A DNA stretch of 64,000 nucleotides from Candidatus Ventricola sp. (GTDB lineage: Bacteria; Bacillota; Clostridia; Christensenellales; Aristaeellaceae), in assembly GCA_051883755.1 (NCBI GenBank), contig JBJEUI010000218.1, positions 13,430 through 77,429 of the forward strand, read 5' to 3'. Numbering within the stretch: the stretch's first letter is position 1; the number at the start of each line of letters is the position of its first letter. Positions 54,186-61,568 of the stretch are shown one piece after another. Position numbers and translations under genes: made by a program. The notes beneath the pieces are model-generated. The model had not been told where the DNA came from, did not search any database, and saw only the letters and a program-made list of their open reading frames with translations.

Positions 54186-55220
54186 ATGAAAAAGACGGGA
54201 ATTGCGGCGGTGCTGTGCGTGCTGCTGCTCCTTGTGCTATGCTTTGCCGTGCCGGACGGGCAGATCCTCTGGGAGGCGGGCGACGCGCTGTACACGGGAG
54301 AAGCGCTGCCTGCGCTGACCGGACGCGTGCTGCCTTACGGCGCGGGCCTGGCGGCCTCGGCGGTGCTCGCCTGGGCGGTGGCTTTTGCGCTGGCCGGGAA
54401 GCGGACGAGCCTGCGCGGCGCGATTTGCTGGTTTGCGTGGGCGCTGGCGCTGGGCATTCTCCTGTCCCGCCTGCTGTATTGCGTGGTGGAGACGGCCTAC
54501 TACAACCCCAAGTGGTTCTCCCGCCTGGCGGCCCTGCGCCTCTGGGACGGCGGCATGGCCATGACCGGCGCGCTGGCGGGCGTGCTCCTGGCGGTAAAGC
54601 TTGTGCCGGAGGGCGCGGCGCTTGTGCCGGCGGCAGTGCCGCTGTTCGTGGCGGGCGCGCGGCTTTCGGAGGTCTTTACGCAGGTGGGCTACGGCCCCAG
54701 CGTGTACTTTGAGGGGCCGCTTTCCAGGCAGGTGGGCTATGCTGTCCGCCTGAATGTCAGCCTGCTGGAGGCGGCCGCGGCGCTGGTGATCTTCGTCTGC
54801 GTGCTGCTGCTGCCCCGCTGGGCGGCGCGCAGAAAGCTGGAAATGAGCGACGGCAAACGCCTGTGCGCGTTTTTGATCTTCTATGGCGTATCCCAGATCT
54901 TCATGGAGAGCCTGCGCAAGGACCGCCACATGATCTGGGGCTTCACCAAGGCGCAGCAGATCATGGCCATTCTTCTGGTGTTCGGCGCGCTGATGGTGCT
55001 GGCGAAGGGCGGAAAGGAGAAGCGCCACGCGCTGGTGATCACGCTGTGCGCGGCGGCTCCGCTGGTCGTGCTGGAATTCGCGCTGGATCGCGCGGACGTG
55101 TCCATCTGGCTGCTCTACGGCGCATATCTGCTGATCCTTGCCGCGTACCTGTGGGGCGCATGCCGGATGCTGTGCCGGTCGATGGCGCCGGAGGGCGCCG
55201 AAGGGGCGCAATCGAAATAG
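54186..55220 (+). CDS. Prolipoprotein diacylglyceryl transferase (Lgt)-family membrane protein, long paralogue
   Basis: LRLWDGGMAMTGALAGV (compare Lgt WDGGMSFHGG). FYGVSQIFMESLRKD (compare YGAFRIIVEFFRQPD). ATG 54186 was chosen. Confidence 0.7.
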   Translation: MKKTGIAAVLCVLLLLVLCFAVPDGQILWEAGDALYTGEALPALTGRVLPYGAGLAASAVLAWAVAFALAGKRTSLRGAICWFAWALALGILLSRLLYCVVETAYYNPKWFSRLAALRLWDGGMAMTGALAGVLLAVKLVPEGAALVPAAVPLFVAGARLSEVFTQVGYGPSVYFEGPLSRQVGYAVRLNVSLLEAAAALVIFVCVLLLPRWAARRKLEMSDGKRLCAFLIFYGVSQIFMESLRKDRHMIWGFTKAQQIMAILLVFGALMVLAKGGKEKRHALVITLCAAAPLVVLEFALDRADVSIWLLYGAYLLILAAYLWGACRMLCRSMAPEGAEGAQSK

Positions 55221-55291
55221 AACGAGACGCTGCAGCGAGCGAAGAATTGCAGGCGCCTGAGCGTGCCGTCCATTCCGCACAAGAGCATATA

Positions 55292-55330
55292 GGCCCGCAT
55301 CGGATCATCCGGTGCGGGCTTGTTCTTTTC
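55292..55330 (+). terminator. Intrinsic terminator
   Basis: GCCCGCATCGG-atcat-CCGGTGCGGGC followed by TTGTTCTTTT. Confidence 0.85.
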
Positions 55331-55520
55331 CGCGAAGAATTGGCAGAGAAACGGGAAATGATCGCACATGATGTAGATAGGATTCCATATAAAAGAGCTG
55401 AAAAAGACAAGAAAAAGTCACAAATTCTTGTTATTCTCTTCACAAGGATATCGTCAAGGCGTGTGCCCGGCTAAACGTCTGCCGGACGCAGACCCGACAA
55501 AAGTGATGGAGGAGAATGAA

Positions 55521-56039
55521 ATGATGGAAACCAAGACTCAGAGCCGCCGCGACTTCCTCAGGAACACCCTGAAGCTGGGCGCCGGCATGGCTGCAATGAG
55601 CGTGCTGTCCCCGATGGTGAGCGCTGTGGCGGAAGAAGAAGCGAAGATCCCGTTTGCGTGGGTTCCGAATGCCGCGCCCTGCAAGCTGATTGAGGAGCTT
55701 GAGCCGGCTTCTGAAAACGTGCGCTCCTTCAAGTTCACCACCGACGGGCGTTCCTGCTCCAAGAATGTGACCTTTGACATCGAGGGCAAGGAGGAGTACG
55801 TCAGGAACGTGAAGTATGAAGGCGGCTGCAACGGCGGCTGCCAGGGCATCGCTGCGATGAGCGAGGGCCGTCCGGCGTCTGAAATCATCAAGACCGTGCG
55901 CGGCCTCGTCTGCCGCAACAAGCAGTCCGGTTCTTCCTGTGCGGATCAGTTGGCGCTGGGCCTGCAGCAGGCGCTGCTGATCATCCACGGCACGCCCTGC
56001 CCCGGCTGCGATTCCGGCGTCTGCGTGAACGCGAAGTAA
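55521..56039 (+). CDS. Tat-signal exported protein with a TSCPD/TIGR03905-type 4-Cys domain and a C-terminal CPGC tail
   Basis: GGAGGAG RBS 6 nt upstream. Twin-arginine motif SRRDFLR (RR codons 55545-55550) followed by an AxA-like site. Domain FKFTTDGRSCSKNVTFDIEG...VKYEGGCNGGCQGI...LVCRNK...SSCADQLA. Tail is HGTPCPGCDSGVC. Confidence 0.75.
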   Translation: MMETKTQSRRDFLRNTLKLGAGMAAMSVLSPMVSAVAEEEAKIPFAWVPNAAPCKLIEELEPASENVRSFKFTTDGRSCSKNVTFDIEGKEEYVRNVKYEGGCNGGCQGIAAMSEGRPASEIIKTVRGLVCRNKQSGSSCADQLALGLQQALLIIHGTPCPGCDSGVCVNAK

Positions 56040-56099
56040 TGGCCCGGGTGCCCCCCTGGAATGAAGGATATTGAGTAAGAAATAAGGAGATTTACGGAT

Positions 56100-56813
56100 A
56101 TGTCTAAGAAGATTTTCAGCATTTGCCTGGCGCTCGTGCTGCTGCTGTGCTCCGCTGCCGCCCTGGCGGAAACCTATGAAGGCCTTGGCGAGGGCTTCAA
56201 GCCGCTCAAGGTGAACGTCACCGTGAACGAGGGCAAGATCGAGGCCATCGATATGGTCGTCAACGACGAGACGCCGTCCATCGGCGGCGCGGCCATCGAG
56301 ACCCTGACCAAGCAGATCATCGACGGCCAGACCCTGGCTGTTGACACCGTTGCCGGCGCGACCTATACCACCGCGGGCTTCACCGCCGCTGTGGCCGACG
56401 CCGTGACCAAGGCGGGCATGGATCCGGCCGCGATGGGCTGGGAAGACAAGTCTGTTGTGATCCTTCCGGTCTGCATGCGCATTGAAGAGCTGCTGGTCAA
56501 GAACAACTACCACTACTTCAAGTACACCACCGCGAACGTCTGCTCCAAGTACATCATGTTCGCCATCTATGAGCCGGATATGACCGTGTGGGACGTCCGC
56601 GTGTACGGCGGCTGCCACGGCACCTCTGACGCGTTCGGCGCGCTGTGCAGCGGCCTGACGGTCGAGGAGTGCGTCGCCCGTCTGGGCGGCATCCAGTGCT
56701 CCGGCAGCGCCACCGGCGTGGATTCCTGCCCCGACCAGACCGCGCAGGCGATCAAGGCCGGCTGGGATTACATCAACGGCACCCTGTGCGAGGGCTGCAC
56801 GGTTGAGCACTGA
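56100..56813 (+). CDS. Sec-signal exported fusion of an FMN_bind domain and a TSCPD/TIGR03905-type 4-Cys domain, with a C-terminal CEGC tail
   Basis: AAGGAG RBS. Signal peptide MSKKIFSICLALVLLLCSAAALA. The FMN_bind region carries the flavinylation-type motif DTVAGAT (Thr88 codon 56361-56363). Second domain FKYTTANVCSKYIMF...VYGGCHG...IQCSGS...DSCPDQTA. Tail is NGTLCEGC. Confidence 0.75.
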   Translation: MSKKIFSICLALVLLLCSAAALAETYEGLGEGFKPLKVNVTVNEGKIEAIDMVVNDETPSIGGAAIETLTKQIIDGQTLAVDTVAGATYTTAGFTAAVADAVTKAGMDPAAMGWEDKSVVILPVCMRIEELLVKNNYHYFKYTTANVCSKYIMFAIYEPDMTVWDVRVYGGCHGTSDAFGALCSGLTVEECVARLGGIQCSGSATGVDSCPDQTAQAIKAGWDYINGTLCEGCTVEH

Positions 56814-56869
56814 TCCCGCAGGGAATCAACCTGTCCAGCATGTCATGGCCGGATTTCCGGCTGCAGGCT

Positions 56870-56897
56870 CACCGGGCAAACGCCCGGTGGGCTTTTC
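56870..56897 (+). terminator. Intrinsic terminator
   Basis: CACCGGGC-aaac-GCCCGGTG followed by GGCTTTTC. Confidence 0.75.
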
Positions 56898-56980
56898 TGC
56901 TTGATCGGGCATTTCGCAAATCCCCGTGCAGCGGGCGTGCCGCGCCCTTGACGCAGGGAAGCGGACGGAAAAGCCTGCGA

Positions 56981-57009
56981 TTGCGCATCGGGGAGCTGCG
57001 CGGTATAAT
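56981..57009 (+). promoter_or_regulatory. Promoter of the GH43 gene
   Basis: TTGCGC (56981-56986), 17-nt spacer, TATAAT (57004-57009). Confidence 0.55.
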
Positions 57010-57071
57010 AAAAGCGCGGCGCATCTGACGCCGGCAGCATCTGCCTGAAAAACACGCGAGGAGGATTTTCC

Positions 57072-58028
57072 GTGAAGCACTATCTGTTTGTCCATTTCCG
57101 CGAAAGCACGTCACCGGAGGGAGAGCAGGTGTATTTCGCCGTCAGCCGGGACGGCTTTGCCTGGGAGGCGCTGGGCGGCGGGAAGCCCATTCTCTGGGCG
57201 TATACCGGCGACCATGGCGTCCGCGACATGACCATCGTGCGCGACGAGCACACCGGACGCATCCACATTCTGGCCACGGACCTGTCCCTTGCCTATGGCA
57301 TGCGCGGCAAGTACGCCCATTCGTGGGACAACATCCGCCGTCATGGCAGCAAGGCGCTGGCGCATTGGCAATCAGACGACCTGGTGCACTGGACGGAGGA
57401 GGAAATGCTTGAGCTGGGCAGCAAGGATTTCGGCTGCCTCTGGGCGCCGGATGTGCTCTTTGACCCGGAGCATCAGGATTATGTGCTGCACTGGTCCTCC
57501 TCCCATGCGGATGACGATTATCAGACGATGGCCATCTATTACAGCCGCACGAAGGACTTTGCGCACTTCACCGAGCCGAAGCTGCTCTACCGCTGGAAAA
57601 ACGGCACGTGCATCGACTCGGCCATGTACAGGGAGAACGGCCGGTACTACATGTTCCTCAAGTGCGAGAGCGATCCGCAGGGCATCGCGCTGGTCGCAGG
57701 CGATCACGCGGCGGGTCCGTTTGAGCCGGTGGAGCATTTCGGCGAGGCCATGCAGGCCGTGCAGAACGGGCTGTATGAAGCGCCGACCGCCGTGCGGCTG
57801 GACGACGGGCGCTGGTGCCTGTTCCTGGACTATTACGGCGTGAAGGGCGCGGGGCAGGGCTATGTGCCGTTTGTGGCGGACAGCCTTGCCGGCGCGGATT
57901 TTGTCCGCTGCGACGAGGCGTTCAGCTTCCCCTATGGTTTCAAGCACGGCACGATTCTGCCCATCACGCCGGAGGAATACGAGCGCATGAAAGCGCACGA
58001 CTGGAGCGATGTGCCGGACAACCGCTGA
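57072..58028 (+). CDS. Glycoside hydrolase family 43-like (five-bladed propeller) protein
   Basis: The GTG start lies 6 nt after GAGGAGGA. Contains YLFVHFRE...YFAVSRDGFAWE, VRDMTIVRD, LWAPDV and a YEAP region. Confidence 0.8.
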   Translation: MKHYLFVHFRESTSPEGEQVYFAVSRDGFAWEALGGGKPILWAYTGDHGVRDMTIVRDEHTGRIHILATDLSLAYGMRGKYAHSWDNIRRHGSKALAHWQSDDLVHWTEEEMLELGSKDFGCLWAPDVLFDPEHQDYVLHWSSSHADDDYQTMAIYYSRTKDFAHFTEPKLLYRWKNGTCIDSAMYRENGRYYMFLKCESDPQGIALVAGDHAAGPFEPVEHFGEAMQAVQNGLYEAPTAVRLDDGRWCLFLDYYGVKGAGQGYVPFVADSLAGADFVRCDEAFSFPYGFKHGTILPITPEEYERMKAHDWSDVPDNR

Positions 58029-58045
58029 CGCACGGATGGATTGAT

Positions 58046-58105
58046 CAACAAACAGCAAGCGGGAGATCAGCCTCGATGCGCCGATCTCCTGCTTGCTGTT
58101 TGTTG
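58046..58105. other. Long near-perfect hairpin (23-bp arms, 14-nt loop) at the boundary between the core genome and the low-GC patch
   Basis: CAACAAACAGCAAGCGGGAGATC (58046-58068) pairs with GATCTCCTGCTTGCTGTTTGTTG (58083-58105) with one mismatch. No U-run follows. Confidence 0.8.
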
Positions 58106-58684
58106 AAATGAGGATGCATGAATGGCGGAATCCGGCATACGCCCTGAAAGTGAGGCGTTACGGATACAAATCGATATATTCCAAATGGTTTCCTCCACCT
58201 GCGCTTTGATGGCATTCGCCATCCTCATCCATCTCATTGGGTCAGCCGCTTTCAACCCCTCATCAACACCTGCCTCTGCTGCCATTTTCGGAATCATCTC
58301 ATCCAGCAGCCGCTGGGCTTCTGCATCCACTTCGCGCAGATCGTCATACAGTTTTCCGCTGAGGAGCAGTCGGTTGTACAACCATGGCCGATGCTCTTTC
58401 AGAACCTTCATCCGCGCTCTGCCATATTTACCGAGAGGCTGACTGCTTTCGATTTCAAGATCGGGGAGGTAGTAATCCCCGACGAGGGTGTAGACCAGTC
58501 CGTTTTTGCTGTCGTGGATTCTGGTAGGAGCGTATTCATGGAATTTCCTCACTTTCTTGTGGTGTCGATCATGAAGTGCTGCTGCAACCGTTGACTGTTT
58601 TTTCCAACTGATCTCCTTTCGTCGTTTGATTTTATTACACCACAATACTCGAGAGAAAAAGAAGAAATCCGAACCCATCCCCAA
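58067..58684 (-). pseudogene. TnpV-like (transposon-associated) gene remnant
   Basis: The central part, GLVYTLVGDYYLPDLEIESSQPLGKYGRARMKVLKEHRPWLYNRLLLSGKLYDDLREVDAEAQRLLDEMIPKMAAEAGV, matches TnpV proteins. There is no in-frame ATG/RBS at the homologous N-terminus. The 5' end of the ORF runs through the tRNA-Ala terminator and the 3' end through the 58046-58105 hairpin. GC content is visibly lower. Confidence 0.6.
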
Positions 58685-58705
58685 TCGGGATTAAGTTCGG
58701 ATTTC
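58655..58705 (-). terminator. Intrinsic terminator of tRNA-Ala
   Basis: The minus strand reads GAAATCCGAA...TTCGGATTTC followed by TTCTTTTTCTC. Confidence 0.8.
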
Positions 58706-58712
58706 TCAAGTA

Positions 58713-58788
58713 TGGTGGAGCATAGGGGAGTCGAACCCCTGACCTTTTGAATGCCATTCAAACGCGCTACCAACTGCGCTAATGCCCC
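58713..58788 (-). tRNA. tRNA-Ala (GGC)
   Basis: The minus strand reads GGGGCATTAGCGCAGTTGGTAGCGCGTTTGAATGGCATTCAAAAGGTCAGGGGTTCGACTCCCCTATGCTCCACCA. It has the G3:U70 identity pair, anticodon GGC and an encoded CCA. Confidence 0.9.
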
Positions 58789-58801
58789 GTCAACAGGACA
58801 C

Positions 58802-58830
58802 ATTATACTACGCAGAGGCGAGTCTGTCAA
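58802..58830 (-). promoter_or_regulatory. Consensus sigma-A promoter of tRNA-Ala
   Basis: The minus strand reads TTGACA (58825-58830), 17-nt spacer, TATAAT (58802-58807). The tRNA 5' end lies 14 nt downstream of the -10. Confidence 0.8.
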
Positions 58831-58866
58831 CCATTATTTTTAGTTTCAGGTAAATTCCTGCATCCA

Positions 58867-59580
58867 TCAAAACAGCGACCAGACCACCGCGATCACCAGC
58901 GCGGGAAGATAGTTCGCCACCTTGATCTTCTTGCCGAAGGCGAGGTTCACGCCGACGCCGAAGATGAGCACGTTGCCCACGATGGACAGGCAGGAAAGCG
59001 CCGCATCGGTCATCAGCGGGCCGATGAAGGCGGCCAGCACGGTCATCAGGCCCTGCCAGATCGCCATGGGGATGACGGAGAAGACCGCGCCCTTGCCCAG
59101 GGAGGCCGTCAGCGCGATGACGATGATCATGTCCAGAATGCCCTTGGTGGTCAGGATCGTGTAGTCATGGTAGAGCGCGTCGTTCATCGGGCCGATGATC
59201 GCCATCGCGCCGATGCACAGCGTGAAGGACGCGGAGGTGAAGCCCTCGATGAAGCGCGGGTCGCGCTCGGAGTGGCTCCTGACCTTGAGCCATTCGCCAA
59301 AGCGCTCCAGATTGTCCTCGATGCTGAGGATCTCGCCGATCAGGCCGCCCAGGCACAGGGAGATGACCAGCAGCATTTCGCCGGTGGTGCCCAGCTGCCC
59401 GTTCGTGATGGTGAGCATGTGCTTGAAGGCACCGCTTGCGCCGATGAAGATCGTGCTCACGCCGCAGGCCTTGACCATGATGTCCTGATAGCTGTCCTTG
59501 AGCGACTTGCCGAACAGAAAGCCCAGCAGGCCGCCGGCAAGAACGAATGCAGAGTTGATGACTGTACCCAAACCGATCAT
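58867..59580 (-). CDS. DUF554-family membrane protein
   Basis: MIGLGTVINSAFVLAGGLLGFLFGK... is typical of DUF554 (YdfK-like). 237 aa. Confidence 0.85.
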   Translation of the reverse strand: MIGLGTVINSAFVLAGGLLGFLFGKSLKDSYQDIMVKACGVSTIFIGASGAFKHMLTITNGQLGTTGEMLLVISLCLGGLIGEILSIEDNLERFGEWLKVRSHSERDPRFIEGFTSASFTLCIGAMAIIGPMNDALYHDYTILTTKGILDMIIVIALTASLGKGAVFSVIPMAIWQGLMTVLAAFIGPLMTDAALSCLSIVGNVLIFGVGVNLAFGKKIKVANYLPALVIAVVWSLF

Positions 59581-59657
59581 ATGAAATCGCCTCTTTACAC
59601 GCGCGGATTACAGTTTGTCATAAAGAATCCTCGCGAAAATTCGCAGAAAGCGCAAGT

Positions 59658-59686
59658 ATTATAGCATGAGAAAACGGCCAAAGCAA
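59658..59686 (-). promoter_or_regulatory. Promoter of the DUF554 gene
   Basis: The minus strand reads TTGCTT (59681-59686), 17-nt spacer ending in TGC, then TATAAT (59658-59663). Confidence 0.6.
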
Positions 59687-59721
59687 GGGCTTTGACCGTT
59701 TTTGCGGTGACAGATTGGCAA

Positions 59722-60495
59722 TCAGTTGCCGCACTCGATGCTGATGGCATTGAACCTGGCGAGCAGGTCCTCTACCTTCAGATTTCTGCGGTCCTCGCCG
59801 GAGAGGTCCAGCTCCGCGCGGCCCTGATGCATCATCAGCAGGCGGTCGCCGTACTCGACGGCGTAGCGCAGGTTGTGCGTGACCATGATGGTCGTCAGCT
59901 GCTTCTGGGCGACGATCCTGCCGGTCAGCTGCATGATGATCTCAGCGGTCTTCGGATCGAGCGCGGCGGTGTGCTCGTCCAGAATCAGGAACTCGATGGG
60001 CGTCATCGTGCTCATCAGCAGGGCCATCGCCTGACGCTGGCCGCCGGAGAGGTTGCCGACCTTCACGCCCATCTTGTCCTCCAGGCCCAGGCCCAGCTGC
60101 GCGAGCAGCGCGCGGTATTCCTCGGTCTTCTTGCGGTTGACGCAGGGCATGAGGTTGAAGGGCTTTCCCTTGTTGTCCGCCATGGACATGTTCTCCAGGA
60201 TCGTCATCGACGGGCAGGTGCCGCGCGCCGGGTCCTGATAGACGCGTCCGATGCGGCGGTGGCGCCGGTGCTCGGGCATGCGGGTGATGTTCTCGCCGCC
60301 GATGAAGATTTCGCCGTCGTCAATGGGGATGGAGCCGCAGATGATGTTGAGCAGGGAGGTCTTGCCTGAGCCGTTGGAGCCCACGACGCAGACGAACTGC
60401 TTGTCCGGAATGGAGAGGCTGAAGCCGTCGAACAGGCAGGTCTCATTCACCGTGCCGCCCTGATAGATCTTGACGATGTTCTTCAGTTCAAGCAT
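59722..60495 (-). CDS. ABC transporter ATP-binding protein (COG1101 type; TrpZ-like)
   Basis: Walker A GSNGSGKTS, signature LSGGQRQ and Walker B LILDEHTAALD. Confidence 0.9.
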   Translation of the reverse strand: MLELKNIVKIYQGGTVNETCLFDGFSLSIPDKQFVCVVGSNGSGKTSLLNIICGSIPIDDGEIFIGGENITRMPEHRRHRRIGRVYQDPARGTCPSMTILENMSMADNKGKPFNLMPCVNRKKTEEYRALLAQLGLGLEDKMGVKVGNLSGGQRQAMALLMSTMTPIEFLILDEHTAALDPKTAEIIMQLTGRIVAQKQLTTIMVTHNLRYAVEYGDRLLMMHQGRAELDLSGEDRRNLKVEDLLARFNAISIECGN

Positions 60496-61369
60496 GGCGC
60501 TTTCCCTTCTTTCTGTTCTGGCCGCCGGCGATGATGATGATCAGCAGCAGCACGGCGGTGATGAGCTTGAGGTCAAACGGCGACAGGCCGAGGCTCAGCG
60601 CCAGGGCGACACAGCCCTTGTAGAGGATGGAGCCCAGCACCACGGCGGTCGTCGCGCGCAGAAAGCGGATGCCGGCGAGCAGCTGCGTGCCCATGATGAC
60701 GGAGGCGACCGCCAGCACCAGCGTGCCGGTGCCCATGGAGATGTCGAAGTAGCGCTGATACTGGCACATGATGCAGCCGGCGAGCGAGACGAGCGCGTTG
60801 GCGATGGACAGGCCGAGGATCTTCACCTTGCCGGAATCCTTGGCGAGCGTGGCGACGAGTGTCGCGTTGTCGCCGGTGGCGCGCAGCAGAAAGCCCGAGC
60901 GCGTGGCGAGGTAGGCATCCATCAGCAGCTTGACGGCAACGGCGATGATCGCCAGGATGATGACCGGCGCATAGGGCTGGATGCCCGCCGGGAGACCGGA
61001 GATGAATTCATTCTTGAAGATGGTATCGTAGGAGAAGAGCTGGACGTTCGCGCGCCCGGCGATGTGCAGGTTGATGGAGTACAGGCCCGTCATGACGATG
61101 ATGCCGGCCAGCAGGTCGCGCACCCTGAACTTGACGTGGATCACGCCCGTGATCGCGCCCGCGATTGCACCGGCGATCATGGAGACCGGCAGCGTCAGCA
61201 GCGGGGAAAGACCGCCCTGAATCATCAGGGCGGTGACGGCAGCGCCGAGGGGAAAGGACGAATCGACGGACATATCCGGAAAGTCCAGAATTTTGAAGGT
61301 GATGTACACGCCCAGGGCAAGGACGGCATAGATCAGGCCCTGCTCGAGGACGCTCAGAAGAAGACTCAT
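60488..61369 (-). CDS. ABC transporter permease (COG4120 type; TrpY-like)
   Basis: MSLLLSVLEQGLIYAVLALGVYITFKILDFPDMSVDSSFPLGAAV. Overlaps the ATPase gene by 8 nt. Confidence 0.9.
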   Translation of the reverse strand: MSLLLSVLEQGLIYAVLALGVYITFKILDFPDMSVDSSFPLGAAVTALMIQGGLSPLLTLPVSMIAGAIAGAITGVIHVKFRVRDLLAGIIVMTGLYSINLHIAGRANVQLFSYDTIFKNEFISGLPAGIQPYAPVIILAIIAVAVKLLMDAYLATRSGFLLRATGDNATLVATLAKDSGKVKILGLSIANALVSLAGCIMCQYQRYFDISMGTGTLVLAVASVIMGTQLLAGIRFLRATTAVVLGSILYKGCVALALSLGLSPFDLKLITAVLLLIIIIAGGQNRKKGKRHA

Positions 61370-61502
61370 GGGATACCTCCGTCGGAAATGATGTGATATA
61401 CGAAGCTTGATTCATTTACGTGGTCTCAAGAGAGTTTGCCGCGATTCCAATCCTTTCTCGCTGGCGAACGAAGTTCGCCATCAGCAGGCCTGCATGGAGC
61501 TG

Positions 61503-61566
61503 CCGCGAAGCGAAGAAGGGAGTCTGAGGGATGAAATCCCTCAGGCAGGTTTGGGCGGCAGCCCAA
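61503..61566. repeat. Two-hairpin intergenic repeat, copy C (inside the ABC operon)
   Basis: CCGCGAAGCGAAGAAGGGAGT-CTGAGGGAT-gaa-ATCCCTCAG-GCAGGT-TTGGGC-ggca-GCCCAA. It ends 2 nt from the SBP stop codon. Confidence 0.85.
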
Positions 61567-61568
61567 TG

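Noticed and set aside
58100-58160. Search for a direct repeat of the tRNA-Ala 3' end (att-like) at the far edge of the low-GC patch
   Set aside because: Only a weak, gapped resemblance was found (GGATGCATGAATGG against GGAGCATAGGGG). This is not enough to call an att site.
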